Positions 40,784 to 50,146 of a DNA stretch of 64,000 nucleotides are shown here, piece by piece. The stretch is taken from the NCBI GenBank assembly GCA_963787835.1, contig CAWBEI010000004.1, positions 320,001-384,000 on the forward strand. The letters are read 5' to 3'. Below the pieces are notes generated by a model that saw nothing but the letters and a program-made list of their open reading frames with translations, did no database searches and was not told the DNA's origin. Positions within the stretch are counted from its first letter, which is position 1; each line of letters begins with the position of its first letter. Source of the DNA: Ignavibacteriota bacterium. Its GTDB lineage: Bacteria > Bacteroidota > Ignavibacteria > Palsa-1295. Position numbers and translations under genes: made by a program.

Positions 40784-42031
40784 ATGAAGACAATAGCAAA
40801 CAGTCCTGATCTTTTAGGCGTCGAACGCAGAACCAGCCGTTTCGATGGGATAGCGATTGCGGTTGGTAGCATCGCCTTGTTCACGCTTGCATGGACGGTT
40901 CAGTCGATCCTCAATCCATTCGTAGTTGCTTTTCTGCTTTATATTGTTTTGGCATCGTTTAGAGATTATCATGCCGCGCGGAAGATCATGACTGCCGGGT
41001 TTGTGCTTTTTGGTTTTTGGCTATTACTTACGCTCGCAGGAATTCTTGTTCCATTTATTATTGGAGCGGTGCTTGCCTATCTTTTTAATCCGGCCGTGTC
41101 CCAACTTCACGATAATCGTAAGATCAGCCGGATGTGGAGTTCCCTCGTGATCGTCGTTCTCTTTTGTGCGGCATTAGTAGCTGTCGGCTGGATCTTTTTG
41201 CCGAGCCTTGGCACGCAAACGAAGGAGTTTATCGAGCGGCTGACGGCCTTTATTCGGCAAAATGCCAACACGCTTAACGCGCAGCATGTGCGCCAGATAT
41301 TGCTCGGGATGGGATTACCCGAAGGTCTAATCGATCGATTTATTTTGAACCAGGCTGGACCGCAGCTTCGCAACATGGTTGCGGTCGTGCCATCGATCGT
41401 CGTGAATATTATTTCCAGTCTTCCGAAAATTCTCGAGCGAACGCTGAACCTTGTGATCGTGCCCGTCGCTATGTTCTATTTCCTGAAAGACTGGCCCAGC
41501 CTCATGCCCATTGTGAATGAACTTTTTCCATCGAAGAACCCTGCACGCCGAGAGAAGATCGCGAGAGATGTGGATGGAGTGCTCTATGGCTATCTGCGCG
41601 GGCAGGCGACCGTTGCTGTGATCGTCGGCATCTTAGGCGCAACGGCCTATTCGCTTCTTGGAATTCCCTATGCGGGGTTGATCGGGGTGATCCTCGTCTT
41701 CGCGGACTTGGTTCCGATCGTCGGGATGCTGTTCAGCGTTCTTGTTGTCGAGTTAGTGATCTTTCTGACCATGGATTTGAATTTTGCCGTGATCGCAAGC
41801 GGACTTCTGGTGATCGTCGGACTGCATGTTCTTGAAACGTATATTATCGGGCCACGCATCATCGGACAGGGGATAGGGGTTCCGCCATTGCTCATGATCC
41901 TTGCGCTATTGGTCTTCGGTTTTTTCTTTGGTTTTGTTGGGCTGCTTATTGCAGTTCCAGCGACGGGTGTTATTTTGCTTTTTGTCAATGAGTATCGAAG
42001 CACGAACGCAGTGGGGGCGGCGGTGGAATGA
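40784..42031 (+). CDS. AI-2E family transporter (PerM-like)
   Basis: PFIIGAVLAYLFNP, YFLKDW, YLRGQ, P.IIG..IGVPP, FGFVGLLIAVP. Confidence 0.9.
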   Translation: MKTIANSPDLLGVERRTSRFDGIAIAVGSIALFTLAWTVQSILNPFVVAFLLYIVLASFRDYHAARKIMTAGFVLFGFWLLLTLAGILVPFIIGAVLAYLFNPAVSQLHDNRKISRMWSSLVIVVLFCAALVAVGWIFLPSLGTQTKEFIERLTAFIRQNANTLNAQHVRQILLGMGLPEGLIDRFILNQAGPQLRNMVAVVPSIVVNIISSLPKILERTLNLVIVPVAMFYFLKDWPSLMPIVNELFPSKNPARREKIARDVDGVLYGYLRGQATVAVIVGILGATAYSLLGIPYAGLIGVILVFADLVPIVGMLFSVLVVELVIFLTMDLNFAVIASGLLVIVGLHVLETYIIGPRIIGQGIGVPPLLMILALLVFGFFFGFVGLLIAVPATGVILLFVNEYRSTNAVGAAVE

Positions 42032-42708
42032 CAGGGAAACTTTGGATCGTATCCGTTCCCATCGGTAATCCGCTTGACATTACCTTTCGTGCCATTGAGG
42101 AGTTGAAAAACGCGGACACCATTCTTTGCGAAGATCTGAAACCTGCGCGTCGGCTCTTACATGAACTCAAGATCGAGAAACCATTGCTTCCGCTTAATGA
42201 ACATACGGATGTGGAGGCAACATCAGAAGCGCTCACCATTCTTCTTTCCGGAAAAGATCTCGCGCTGATCTCCGATGCGGGCACCCCACTTGTTGCCGAC
42301 CCGGGGCAGAGGCTGGTGCGTTTGGCTATTGAGCAGGGGATTGAGGTTTCACCTGTTCCGGGGGCTTCGAGCGTTCTCGCGGCGTTAGTGGTAAGTGGCT
42401 TTCGATCCGATCATTTTTATTTCGCAGGCATGCTGCCCCGCGAGAAAACCGATCGGAAAAACGCAGCTCGCAAGCTTGCCTCGCGAAACGAAACGATCGT
42501 CATACTGGAAGCTCCATACCGACTCTCGCAGCTATTAGATGATCTTATTAGCGGGTTTGGTAACGACCGCCGAATCTCGGTAGCTATGGATATTTCAATG
42601 CCTAAGGAACGTGTTGCCCGCGGGACGCTCTTAGCAATACGTGATTTGTTTGCAGCGAATCCATTCAAGGGCGAATTTGTCATTGTCATCGAAGGCCGCC
42701 GTTCGTAG
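42028..42708 (+). CDS. rsmI: 16S rRNA C1402 2'-O-methyltransferase
   Basis: PIGN..DITFRA, ISDAGTP.VADPG, PVPGASS, EAPYRL, KGEFVIVI. Confidence 0.95.
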   Translation: MTGKLWIVSVPIGNPLDITFRAIEELKNADTILCEDLKPARRLLHELKIEKPLLPLNEHTDVEATSEALTILLSGKDLALISDAGTPLVADPGQRLVRLAIEQGIEVSPVPGASSVLAALVVSGFRSDHFYFAGMLPREKTDRKNAARKLASRNETIVILEAPYRLSQLLDDLISGFGNDRRISVAMDISMPKERVARGTLLAIRDLFAANPFKGEFVIVIEGRRS

Positions 42709-42721
42709 GAGCGCAGTTCGC

Positions 42722-45700
42722 GTGGGCGCGCGGGAATTTGTTCCAATCAGACTCCGGGCGCAATTTTATGCGCCGATGTGTGTCGTGCTCTTTTTGCTTT
42801 TAAGCGCCGCGGTTGGTCATACGCAGACTCGCACGCTTTTGGTCACACTTCATTCGATCAACGATTCCGTTGTTGTATTATCCGATAATTTCCCAGATTT
42901 TTCTACACTGCGCATTCAGGTCGATTCTTCATTTTTCTTGATCGATCAGAAGGATGTTACCATCGATACGGCGGGACGAGCGATCGTACTTTCACCAAGC
43001 AGCCGCTCGCTTCTTTTCCCGATGAATTCGGCAGCTGGCGTAAAGCATACTCTTACTCTAACCTACACGGCGCTCCCATTGAACCTGAAGACGAGCTATA
43101 CGAGACATGAACTTGAAACCCCTGCACTGAATGATTCTTTGCGCACTTTGATCGATAGTTCAAAGCAAGGCCTGCGAGAAATTTCCTCAACATCCGCTGA
43201 TACGACTCACGCCGATATTCTCAATAATTTTCAGAAATCTGGCTCCATAAGCCGCGGGTTCCAGGTTGGTTCGAACCGCGATCTGGGATTGACAAGTGGG
43301 TTTAATCTGCAATTTTCTGGAGACGTAGCAAAAGATGTGAACATCACTGGTGCCCTTACCGAAGAGCAAACCCCGATCCAGCCGGAAGGCACAACCCAAA
43401 CGCTGAACGAGATCGACAATATCTTTATCCGCATCAAAGCTGGTCAGCATTTCACGTCCACGCTTGGAGATTTCACGCTGGATCTTAATTCACCTGCGGA
43501 CCCAACGCGATTGGCTTCTCATTCGACGCTCAACGATACTTTAAAGACGCATTCTATCGATAGCAGCCGCTCATCGCAATCACCGACGAATATTATTCCC
43601 ATCATTACAAATGTGCAAGACCAGGCCTTCAATGCATTCAGTCAGAGTACGCTTGATGTGATCTCTCGTAAACTCATCGGTGCGGAGGCAACGGCGCAGT
43701 TCAACGAGGGTTCCGTTACAGTTGCTGGCGGCGCTCCCCGCGGTGAATTTACCACGAACACCATGCAGGGGCAGGAAGCCTATCAAGGGCCTTATACGCT
43801 CGTGGGTAAGAATGGCGAGCCAGCGATCCTCATTGTAGCGGGAACCGAGCATGTCTATGTGGATGGTGTGCTTCAGACTCGCGGCGAGCGAAATGATTAC
43901 ATCATTGATTACGCGCTCGACCAGATCACTTTTCAACCACGCAGGCTCATTACCAGCGATTCAAGAATCGTTATCGATTTCGAATATTCCGATCAGCAAT
44001 ACAATAAGTCTCTTTTTGCTGCGAACATAAAGGGGCAACTTTTGGATGGTGCGCTCAAGATCTCGACAACCTATTTACGCGAGGGAGATAATCAGGATGC
44101 GCCGCTCGATCTTTCGCTTTCCGACAGCGATCAAAATATTCTCGCGAATGCCGGCGCAGACCCATCGAAGGCCACGAAATCTGCGGTGACCTACGCAGGC
44201 GTCGATGCGAACGGGCGTGCGCAGGGAAGTTACTCGGTTGCGGATACCACTATTGCCGGAAAAGCCATTGTGTTTTACCGTTACGCGCCGCTCGATTCTG
44301 TGAATGCCCTCTATAATATTGCGTTCGGATATGCTGGAACCGGGAAGGGCAGTTATGTGCGGCTTGCCATCGGCCAATTTCTATTTGCCGGGCTGGGACT
44401 TGGCGATTACGACACTCTCGCGTTTCTCCCATTGCCAGAATTGCATCAAGTCATGGCGGTGAGCAGCAGCCTGCGCATTACCAATAATTTCGGGCTGACC
44501 GGAGAATACGCTGAAAGTATTCTCGATCCAAACCGCTTCGCAAACATTCCTTCGATCGACGGCAATGCGTATCACTTCGGTGCGTTGTTTGCCGATACGC
44601 TCTCAATATTTGGTTACACGGAGTTCCGGGCAACGGAGCGAAACTTCGGAGCGCAATTTACTCCGATCGACCGCATTCAGGATGCGGAATTCGAACGGCT
44701 ATATGGTAACGATATGCAAACGCCGAACTCCTATGCTTCCACGCTGCCGGTTACAGGGGAATTAAATCGCGAAGCCGATCTTACCATACATCCAGTCCGT
44801 TCCTTTATCCTGGAGGGAGGATTTGGCTCTCTCGAAGAGCCGCAGCTTCAATTTATTTCATCTCGCGTGTTCGGTCATGCCGAACTGCTTGAAGATTCCG
44901 GAATGCTCCCTCATGCTGCTATCACAATCGAACATTTGCCGACGCATGATTCCTCGATCCTGGAGCAAGCCCAGTGGGATCGGCAAATTGGTGAACTATC
45001 GAAATCTATGAAACTGGGAGCCAATGGATTTACGCTTGGTCTTCAATACGCCCATGAGGAAAAACAAGCCACGCCGTTCGATACCGTCGGGCTTGCCGCC
45101 GACTCGATGACGCTGCACAGTTTTGAATATCGATCGATCACTCCCATTGCTTCGCTTCGCCTCGGACCTAAAGTTACCCTTAGCGGTTCCTACGAAGTTC
45201 GTTCCGATGACAGCGCCCGCAGTGGCTTTCTTACCCCCATCAGTGAAGCGCACACGAGCCATATCACCGCAGCGATCTTTGGAATAGGCGGCTTCAGCAC
45301 CAATATCGATCTCACCGTTCGCGATAAACGCTATACCGATTCCACCTCCTACGCGGTGAATGGCGGGAATCAATCGACCCTCCTGCTTCGCTTCGAGCCG
45401 CGCTATACCCTGGCCAATCGGGGAATAAGCGCTGAAGCATTGTATGAGATCTCCAATCAACGGGCGGCGCAGTTGCAGCGCGTGTTCGTGCCGGTGCCGC
45501 AAGGATTGGGAACGTACTATTACGTGGGCGATCTCAATCACGATGGTAAAGCCGATCCGAACGATTTTGCTCCAGCCGTTTATGCGGATCAAGGCGATTA
45601 CGTTCTTATTACTGTTCCCACGACGCAGCTTTTTCCTACGACCGATCTTAAATCCAATTTCAGATTACACATCGACCCGCGGGATCTATTTGGTCTTCAA

Positions 45701-46531
45701 AATCCTTCGAACCTCCTGCAAACGGCGTTAGCGAATATCTCCAGCGAGTCCTACATCAAGATCGAGGAAACAAGCACCGATACCGTACCGAGCGATATTT
45801 ATTTCTTCCGGCTGTCGCATTTTCGCAATGATTCGACTACGATAAACGGCACAATGGAGATCGGGCAGGATTTCAATATCATGGAGAATAATGCCGACGA
45901 GTCCTACCGCTTGCATTATCTGGAACGTGAGTCAGCGGCGCAATATAATACTGGCCTCGAACACTCGTTCCAGGCCGAGCGATCCATTCGCGGAAGGTTT
46001 CGGCCTTCGTTCGAATTTTCGAATGAAACGACCATCACGTCGAGCACCGATCAGTCCGGCGGGGATTCGCTTTCGGTGAATCCACCACATAATACTTCCT
46101 CGCTTGGCATCTCCACGGATTGGAGCTACCATCCCATCGGTTCTAAGTTCGATTTTGGTGCCGTAGCTGCTTTTTCGCGGGCCGTTGAGCATATCTATAA
46201 CCCCGAAGTTACTGGGCTAACAGATGCTTTCACATTTCGGACCAGTTACGCGCTGGAAACTCGAACTCGCATTCGCGCCCAGATCGAACGCGACGAACTT
46301 AACCTTTCTGCACTGCCGAGCGATATTATTTCGCTCCCCTATGCGCTTACGCAGGGAAAAGCCGTTGGAGAAACATGGGTCTGGAGCCTTGCGCTGGATT
46401 ATCAATTTGGAAGCGGCATCGTAGCAACGATCGCCTACGATGGCCGAAACGAATCCAGCGACCTGCTCGGCACCTCCGGCCAGCGAGTGACCATCAATAA
46501 TGCACGGGCGGAGGTACGAGCTAATTTCTGA
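42722..46531 (+). CDS. Large hypothetical outer-membrane protein (FCB-type)
   Basis: Signal-like N-terminus; SGSISRGFQVG, PIQPEG.TQ.L.E.D, G.QGPY.L, DY.IDY, C-terminal AEVRANF; start uncertain (42641, 42722 or 42776). Confidence 0.8.
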   Translation: MGAREFVPIRLRAQFYAPMCVVLFLLLSAAVGHTQTRTLLVTLHSINDSVVVLSDNFPDFSTLRIQVDSSFFLIDQKDVTIDTAGRAIVLSPSSRSLLFPMNSAAGVKHTLTLTYTALPLNLKTSYTRHELETPALNDSLRTLIDSSKQGLREISSTSADTTHADILNNFQKSGSISRGFQVGSNRDLGLTSGFNLQFSGDVAKDVNITGALTEEQTPIQPEGTTQTLNEIDNIFIRIKAGQHFTSTLGDFTLDLNSPADPTRLASHSTLNDTLKTHSIDSSRSSQSPTNIIPIITNVQDQAFNAFSQSTLDVISRKLIGAEATAQFNEGSVTVAGGAPRGEFTTNTMQGQEAYQGPYTLVGKNGEPAILIVAGTEHVYVDGVLQTRGERNDYIIDYALDQITFQPRRLITSDSRIVIDFEYSDQQYNKSLFAANIKGQLLDGALKISTTYLREGDNQDAPLDLSLSDSDQNILANAGADPSKATKSAVTYAGVDANGRAQGSYSVADTTIAGKAIVFYRYAPLDSVNALYNIAFGYAGTGKGSYVRLAIGQFLFAGLGLGDYDTLAFLPLPELHQVMAVSSSLRITNNFGLTGEYAESILDPNRFANIPSIDGNAYHFGALFADTLSIFGYTEFRATERNFGAQFTPIDRIQDAEFERLYGNDMQTPNSYASTLPVTGELNREADLTIHPVRSFILEGGFGSLEEPQLQFISSRVFGHAELLEDSGMLPHAAITIEHLPTHDSSILEQAQWDRQIGELSKSMKLGANGFTLGLQYAHEEKQATPFDTVGLAADSMTLHSFEYRSITPIASLRLGPKVTLSGSYEVRSDDSARSGFLTPISEAHTSHITAAIFGIGGFSTNIDLTVRDKRYTDSTSYAVNGGNQSTLLLRFEPRYTLANRGISAEALYEISNQRAAQLQRVFVPVPQGLGTYYYVGDLNHDGKADPNDFAPAVYADQGDYVLITVPTTQLFPTTDLKSNFRLHIDPRDLFGLQNPSNLLQTALANISSESYIKIEETSTDTVPSDIYFFRLSHFRNDSTTINGTMEIGQDFNIMENNADESYRLHYLERESAAQYNTGLEHSFQAERSIRGRFRPSFEFSNETTITSSTDQSGGDSLSVNPPHNTSSLGISTDWSYHPIGSKFDFGAVAAFSRAVEHIYNPEVTGLTDAFTFRTSYALETRTRIRAQIERDELNLSALPSDIISLPYALTQGKAVGETWVWSLALDYQFGSGIVATIAYDGRNESSDLLGTSGQRVTINNARAEVRANF

Positions 46532-46668
46532 GCGCGTAATTCTGGGTCTCAATTTTTTTGAGTAAAAATGGATGAATCAGTCAATATTGTGTTTGAATCT
46601 ATCTCATGAGAGACATCCTCCTAAATCGTCCGCGTAATCCTACCAAATCCGCGTAATCCCGGTTCAAA

Positions 46669-47673
46669 ATGTCCTTTATCGATCAAGCCCTCATCCGTAT
46701 CGAGGCCGGCAACGGTGGCGACGGCGTCATCTCCTGGCGCCGTGAGAAATATGTTCCCAAAGGCGGACCCGATGGCGGTAACGGCGGCCACGGTGGCGAC
46801 GTCTATTTCGAAGCCGATCCGGAACTTGGTACCCTGCTCGATTTCCGGTATCATCGTATCCATAAAGCCGAAGATGGAGGAAAAGGCGCTGGGAAGCAAT
46901 GTACCGGAAGGAGTGGGGAAGATCTGGTCATCCGTGTGCCGGTGGGGACGATCATTCGTTCCACGATGACCGGCGATACGATGGCCGATCTTACCGAGCG
47001 CTATCAAAAGGTACTGGTTGCTCGCGGCGGAAAGGGTGGTCTTGGTAACTCCGAATTCAAAACCGCTACCAATCAGGCGCCCCGTAAGCAGACGAACGGT
47101 AAGCCCGGCGAAGCCTTCGATCTCGAGCTGGAATTAAAGCTGTTGGCTGACGTTGCCCTGGTCGGGTTCCCGAATGCCGGAAAATCTACGCTTATCTCCC
47201 GTATCTCTGCGGCGCGGCCCAAGATCGCCGATTATCCCTTTACCACGCTGGTTCCCAACTTAGGCATCGTGCAGGCGCCGGAGGAACATCGTTCCTTCGT
47301 GGTGGCGGATATTCCGGGACTCATCGAAGGCGCGAGTGAAGGGAAGGGGCTTGGATTGCAATTCCTGAAACATATCGAGCGCAGTGGGGCGCTGCTTTTT
47401 ATGCTCGATGGAACTTCCGTGGATCCTGACCCTAAAACGGCCTATAAAACATTATTGAGGGAACTAAAACAATTCAATCCGCTGCTGCTCGATAAGCCCC
47501 GCATCATCGCCATCACCAAATCGGATGCACTTAGCCCGGAGGCTATTCTGGCCTATAAAAAGATGACGATCGATAAGCGAAAACCTCTCGTTATCAGCGC
47601 CGTCTCCGGCGATACGATCGACGTCCTCATCCGTTCGCTGTGGGAAGCGATCGGCGAAGCCCGAGCTCGGTGA
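46669..47673 (+). CDS. obgE: GTPase ObgE/CgtA
   Basis: FIDQA.I..AGNGGDG, GGPDGGNGG, GFPNAGKST, DYPFTT, DIPGLIEG, TKSD. Confidence 0.98.
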   Translation: MSFIDQALIRIEAGNGGDGVISWRREKYVPKGGPDGGNGGHGGDVYFEADPELGTLLDFRYHRIHKAEDGGKGAGKQCTGRSGEDLVIRVPVGTIIRSTMTGDTMADLTERYQKVLVARGGKGGLGNSEFKTATNQAPRKQTNGKPGEAFDLELELKLLADVALVGFPNAGKSTLISRISAARPKIADYPFTTLVPNLGIVQAPEEHRSFVVADIPGLIEGASEGKGLGLQFLKHIERSGALLFMLDGTSVDPDPKTAYKTLLRELKQFNPLLLDKPRIIAITKSDALSPEAILAYKKMTIDKRKPLVISAVSGDTIDVLIRSLWEAIGEARAR

Positions 47674-47787
47674 AATTCGAGATATTCGTGTTATGGTTAC
47701 TTTCCCGTCGGTGAAAAAGAGGGGACTGAGGTCCGCTATTTCAACACCATCGAGGAGAGTACAAACATGAACGTCAGTAACGAGGCG

Positions 47788-48110
47788 ATTTCCACAAACA
47801 GTCTTCCTGTGGAAATTTCTGGTCGTCCAAACATAATAATCCCTTGAATGTGGCAAGCTATGCAGGGGTAGAGACTTGAAGGACTGGGGAGTCCTGGCAA
47901 TTTCGCCCGGCAGAACTAAACTAAATGTGGCTAAACTATTGGCTTTGTTAAACTTAGGCTCATCTGGAGGGGCAACCTTCGAATGAACCTGCACAAAGTT
48001 ACGACATTTATCCACAAATTCCAAGAGAATTTAATGAAAAAATAGATGTCTTTTAGAAATAAATGTGAATAACTCACTTATTAACATTTATCTCCACATT
48101 TCCCCACGAG
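47788..48110. promoter_or_regulatory. Cluster of DnaA boxes, candidate oriC
   Basis: TTATCCACA 48008, TGTGAATAA 48064, TTATTAACA 48078, TGTGGCTAA 47926, inverted pair ATTTCCACA 47788 / TGTGGAAAT 47808; AT-rich, long intergenic region. Confidence 0.6.
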
Positions 48111-48156
48111 CCGTTTTAGTGCCCTTAGAAGACATTAGCACCATTTCATTCCAATA

Positions 48157-48393
48157 GAAACAGGTGCCCATTAATTTTTTTTTACATATTCATTTAATGA
48201 ACTATTTTTCTATTCCACTCAATAATTCATGAACTCCCCAAACCACCCCCTAAATTGTCAATGAACGCGACACCCATCGTCTTACCTCTTACCAAGGCCC
48301 CTCATTCTTAATTATTAATTCTTACTTCTTAATTGATACCCCCCATTCTTAATTATTAATTCTTACTTCTTAATTGACCCCAGGTGCCCATCA
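48157..48393 (-). repeat. ~240-bp dispersed element, copy 2, containing a tandem duplicate of CATTCTTAATTATTAATTCTTACTTCTTAATTGA
   Basis: Tandem units at ~48303 and ~48344; CAGGTGCCCA at 48161 and 48381; homologous to 13611-13855. Confidence 0.65.
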
Positions 48394-48505
48394 ACGCACG
48401 TGCAATATACGAACAGAAATTGCCGTCCCAGGCAATTCCGAAAAATTAGTTATGATTCGAATTCTGTGCGAAACAGGTGCTCAGGGTGAGGCAACACAAC
48501 GGCGG

Positions 48506-48886
48506 TTACTCCGCCGGTACGATATCGCAGGCGAGATACAACCAGCCCTCCTCAGTCTTGACCAGCGTATGAGAGGCTCGAAACGCACCCTCGAATACTT
48601 TCCCGGCAATAACCGCCGTACCGCGAAGTTCCAGGAACACCGCGGTCGCTGTCGGGGCGAGGATTTCCATGGCGAGAATCGTCGGTTCTTCCAGCAGCTC
48701 CCATTTTTTCTTCTGGTTAAAAAGATGATCCAGGTATTCTTCCTTACGGTACACTTTGCCCCACGGTGCCAAAAAAATAAAATGCTTATGGAGTGTCTTT
48801 TCCGTCGCCTCCCGGTCATTCTCGGCTAAGGCACGGTAGTGTTCGGCGATCTGCTCTCGGACCTTGTCCTCATCATTATCCACCAT
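48506..48886 (-). CDS. NTF2-like/DUF4440 (SnoaL-like) protein
   Basis: Size and pattern: AL.END..A....L...F....P.G....K.EYL, beta strands, K.E.GW. Confidence 0.65.
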   Translation of the reverse strand: MVDNDEDKVREQIAEHYRALAENDREATEKTLHKHFIFLAPWGKVYRKEEYLDHLFNQKKKWELLEEPTILAMEILAPTATAVFLELRGTAVIAGKVFEGAFRASHTLVKTEEGWLYLACDIVPAE

Positions 48887-49088
48887 TTCAGCCTTCAGAA
48901 AGATATGTTCGAAAAAGTATAAAATTCATTCAACGGACAAAAAATCCTACAACGAAGAAAGATAATGAGGGTTCCTTAACTATTCGCGTGAAAACGGCGT
49001 AGTATTTTCACTACGAAGCCCATTCACACTCATGCTTGGGTTTTGCCTAAATTTGAATTCCTCGATTTAAGCGTTATAGCATTTGTTA

Positions 49089-49460
49089 TTAAGGTGACGG
49101 TGGTGGTAACTGGTTAGAAGAACCAATTTTAGCGGCCATCTCTTGAAGTGCTCCTAAGTTTTCTAACAAGTCTTTGAGACCGCCAGGGCTCTGCATTATA
49201 CCCCGAGTAAGTTCGACCTTCATCTGATCATCGAGGTTAGGCTTCTGAGGATTCGCGATGGCTGTAACTGTATCGAGTAATTTACCTTGTGTTTGAGAAG
49301 CTAACGCTTCAAGCACTTCTGCTTTTATTCGAATTTCTGACAAGAGGTTTGCGGTATCTTTATTATTTTCTCGGCTTCTTTTTTCAGAGAAGGCAGCTTG
49401 TACGATTGCAACAATCGATAGAATTATCGCAACAATACTAAGGGTGTCAGATAGACTCAT
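49089..49460 (-). CDS. Hypothetical protein with N-terminal TM helix
   Basis: 123-aa ORF, LSIVAIILSIVAIV TM then helical region. Confidence 0.65.
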   Translation of the reverse strand: MSLSDTLSIVAIILSIVAIVQAAFSEKRSRENNKDTANLLSEIRIKAEVLEALASQTQGKLLDTVTAIANPQKPNLDDQMKVELTRGIMQSPGGLKDLLENLGALQEMAAKIGSSNQLPPPSP

Positions 49461-49472
49461 AAATATAGCAGT

Positions 49473-50078
49473 TCATGCCTTTAAATTTGTCCAGAGAATT
49501 GGGTCGCTATCAACGCCCCGTACTTGCGGCGGATAGAATCGCTGGTCGCTGTTGAATTTTTGCTCACGAAGCCAATACGAAGCCTCATATCCAACGCAAT
49601 CCAATTCGTCGAATCGATTTGCAGCCAGTCTGTTTACGTAACTATCATTGTAATCCCCGTTTAGACGCGAATTTAACCCATTCCAGAATCCAGTCCAATA
49701 GTCATGCGCCGGGGAAGGATCTGGATTATAGAGCGGGTATTTGCCGTTTATGATCTCGCTGGTGATCGGCTTGAGTTCAACAAGTTCTGCTTGGTCAAGG
49801 CGATGCCTTGCTATGTTTATTGCAAGCACATAACGTTTACGTTCGCTCACAGTCAATGGTGCCCCAATTCTCTGGATGGTGTCACCAACTGCCAATCGCT
49901 CATCCGTTTCTAAATTTACGACATGAAATATTATTGTGCCGCCATCCGTCCATTGCGATTGCGCTGTTTGAATAGCCGCATCCGCAGTGAGGAAGGAATC
50001 TGCTTTAATTTGGGAGCCGTCTTGCTTCAGTGTGAGAAGCAGAAAGCCACGCCGAGAAGAATCGAAGTTAGTTATCAT
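49473..50078 (-). CDS. Hypothetical protein
   Basis: ~200-aa open frame co-oriented with neighbours; no recognised motif. Confidence 0.55.
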   Translation of the reverse strand: MITNFDSSRRGFLLLTLKQDGSQIKADSFLTADAAIQTAQSQWTDGGTIIFHVVNLETDERLAVGDTIQRIGAPLTVSERKRYVLAINIARHRLDQAELVELKPITSEIINGKYPLYNPDPSPAHDYWTGFWNGLNSRLNGDYNDSYVNRLAANRFDELDCVGYEASYWLREQKFNSDQRFYPPQVRGVDSDPILWTNLKA

Positions 50079-50146
50079 ACCTTCGGAACGCCCCAAATTC
50101 GGGGGGAGTTTCGCATCACAATTCGCGTCTTTTAATTGTAAATGTT

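Noticed and set aside
47464-48024. 186-aa minus-strand ORF
   Set aside because: Overlaps obgE antisense and the DnaA-box cluster; no protein features
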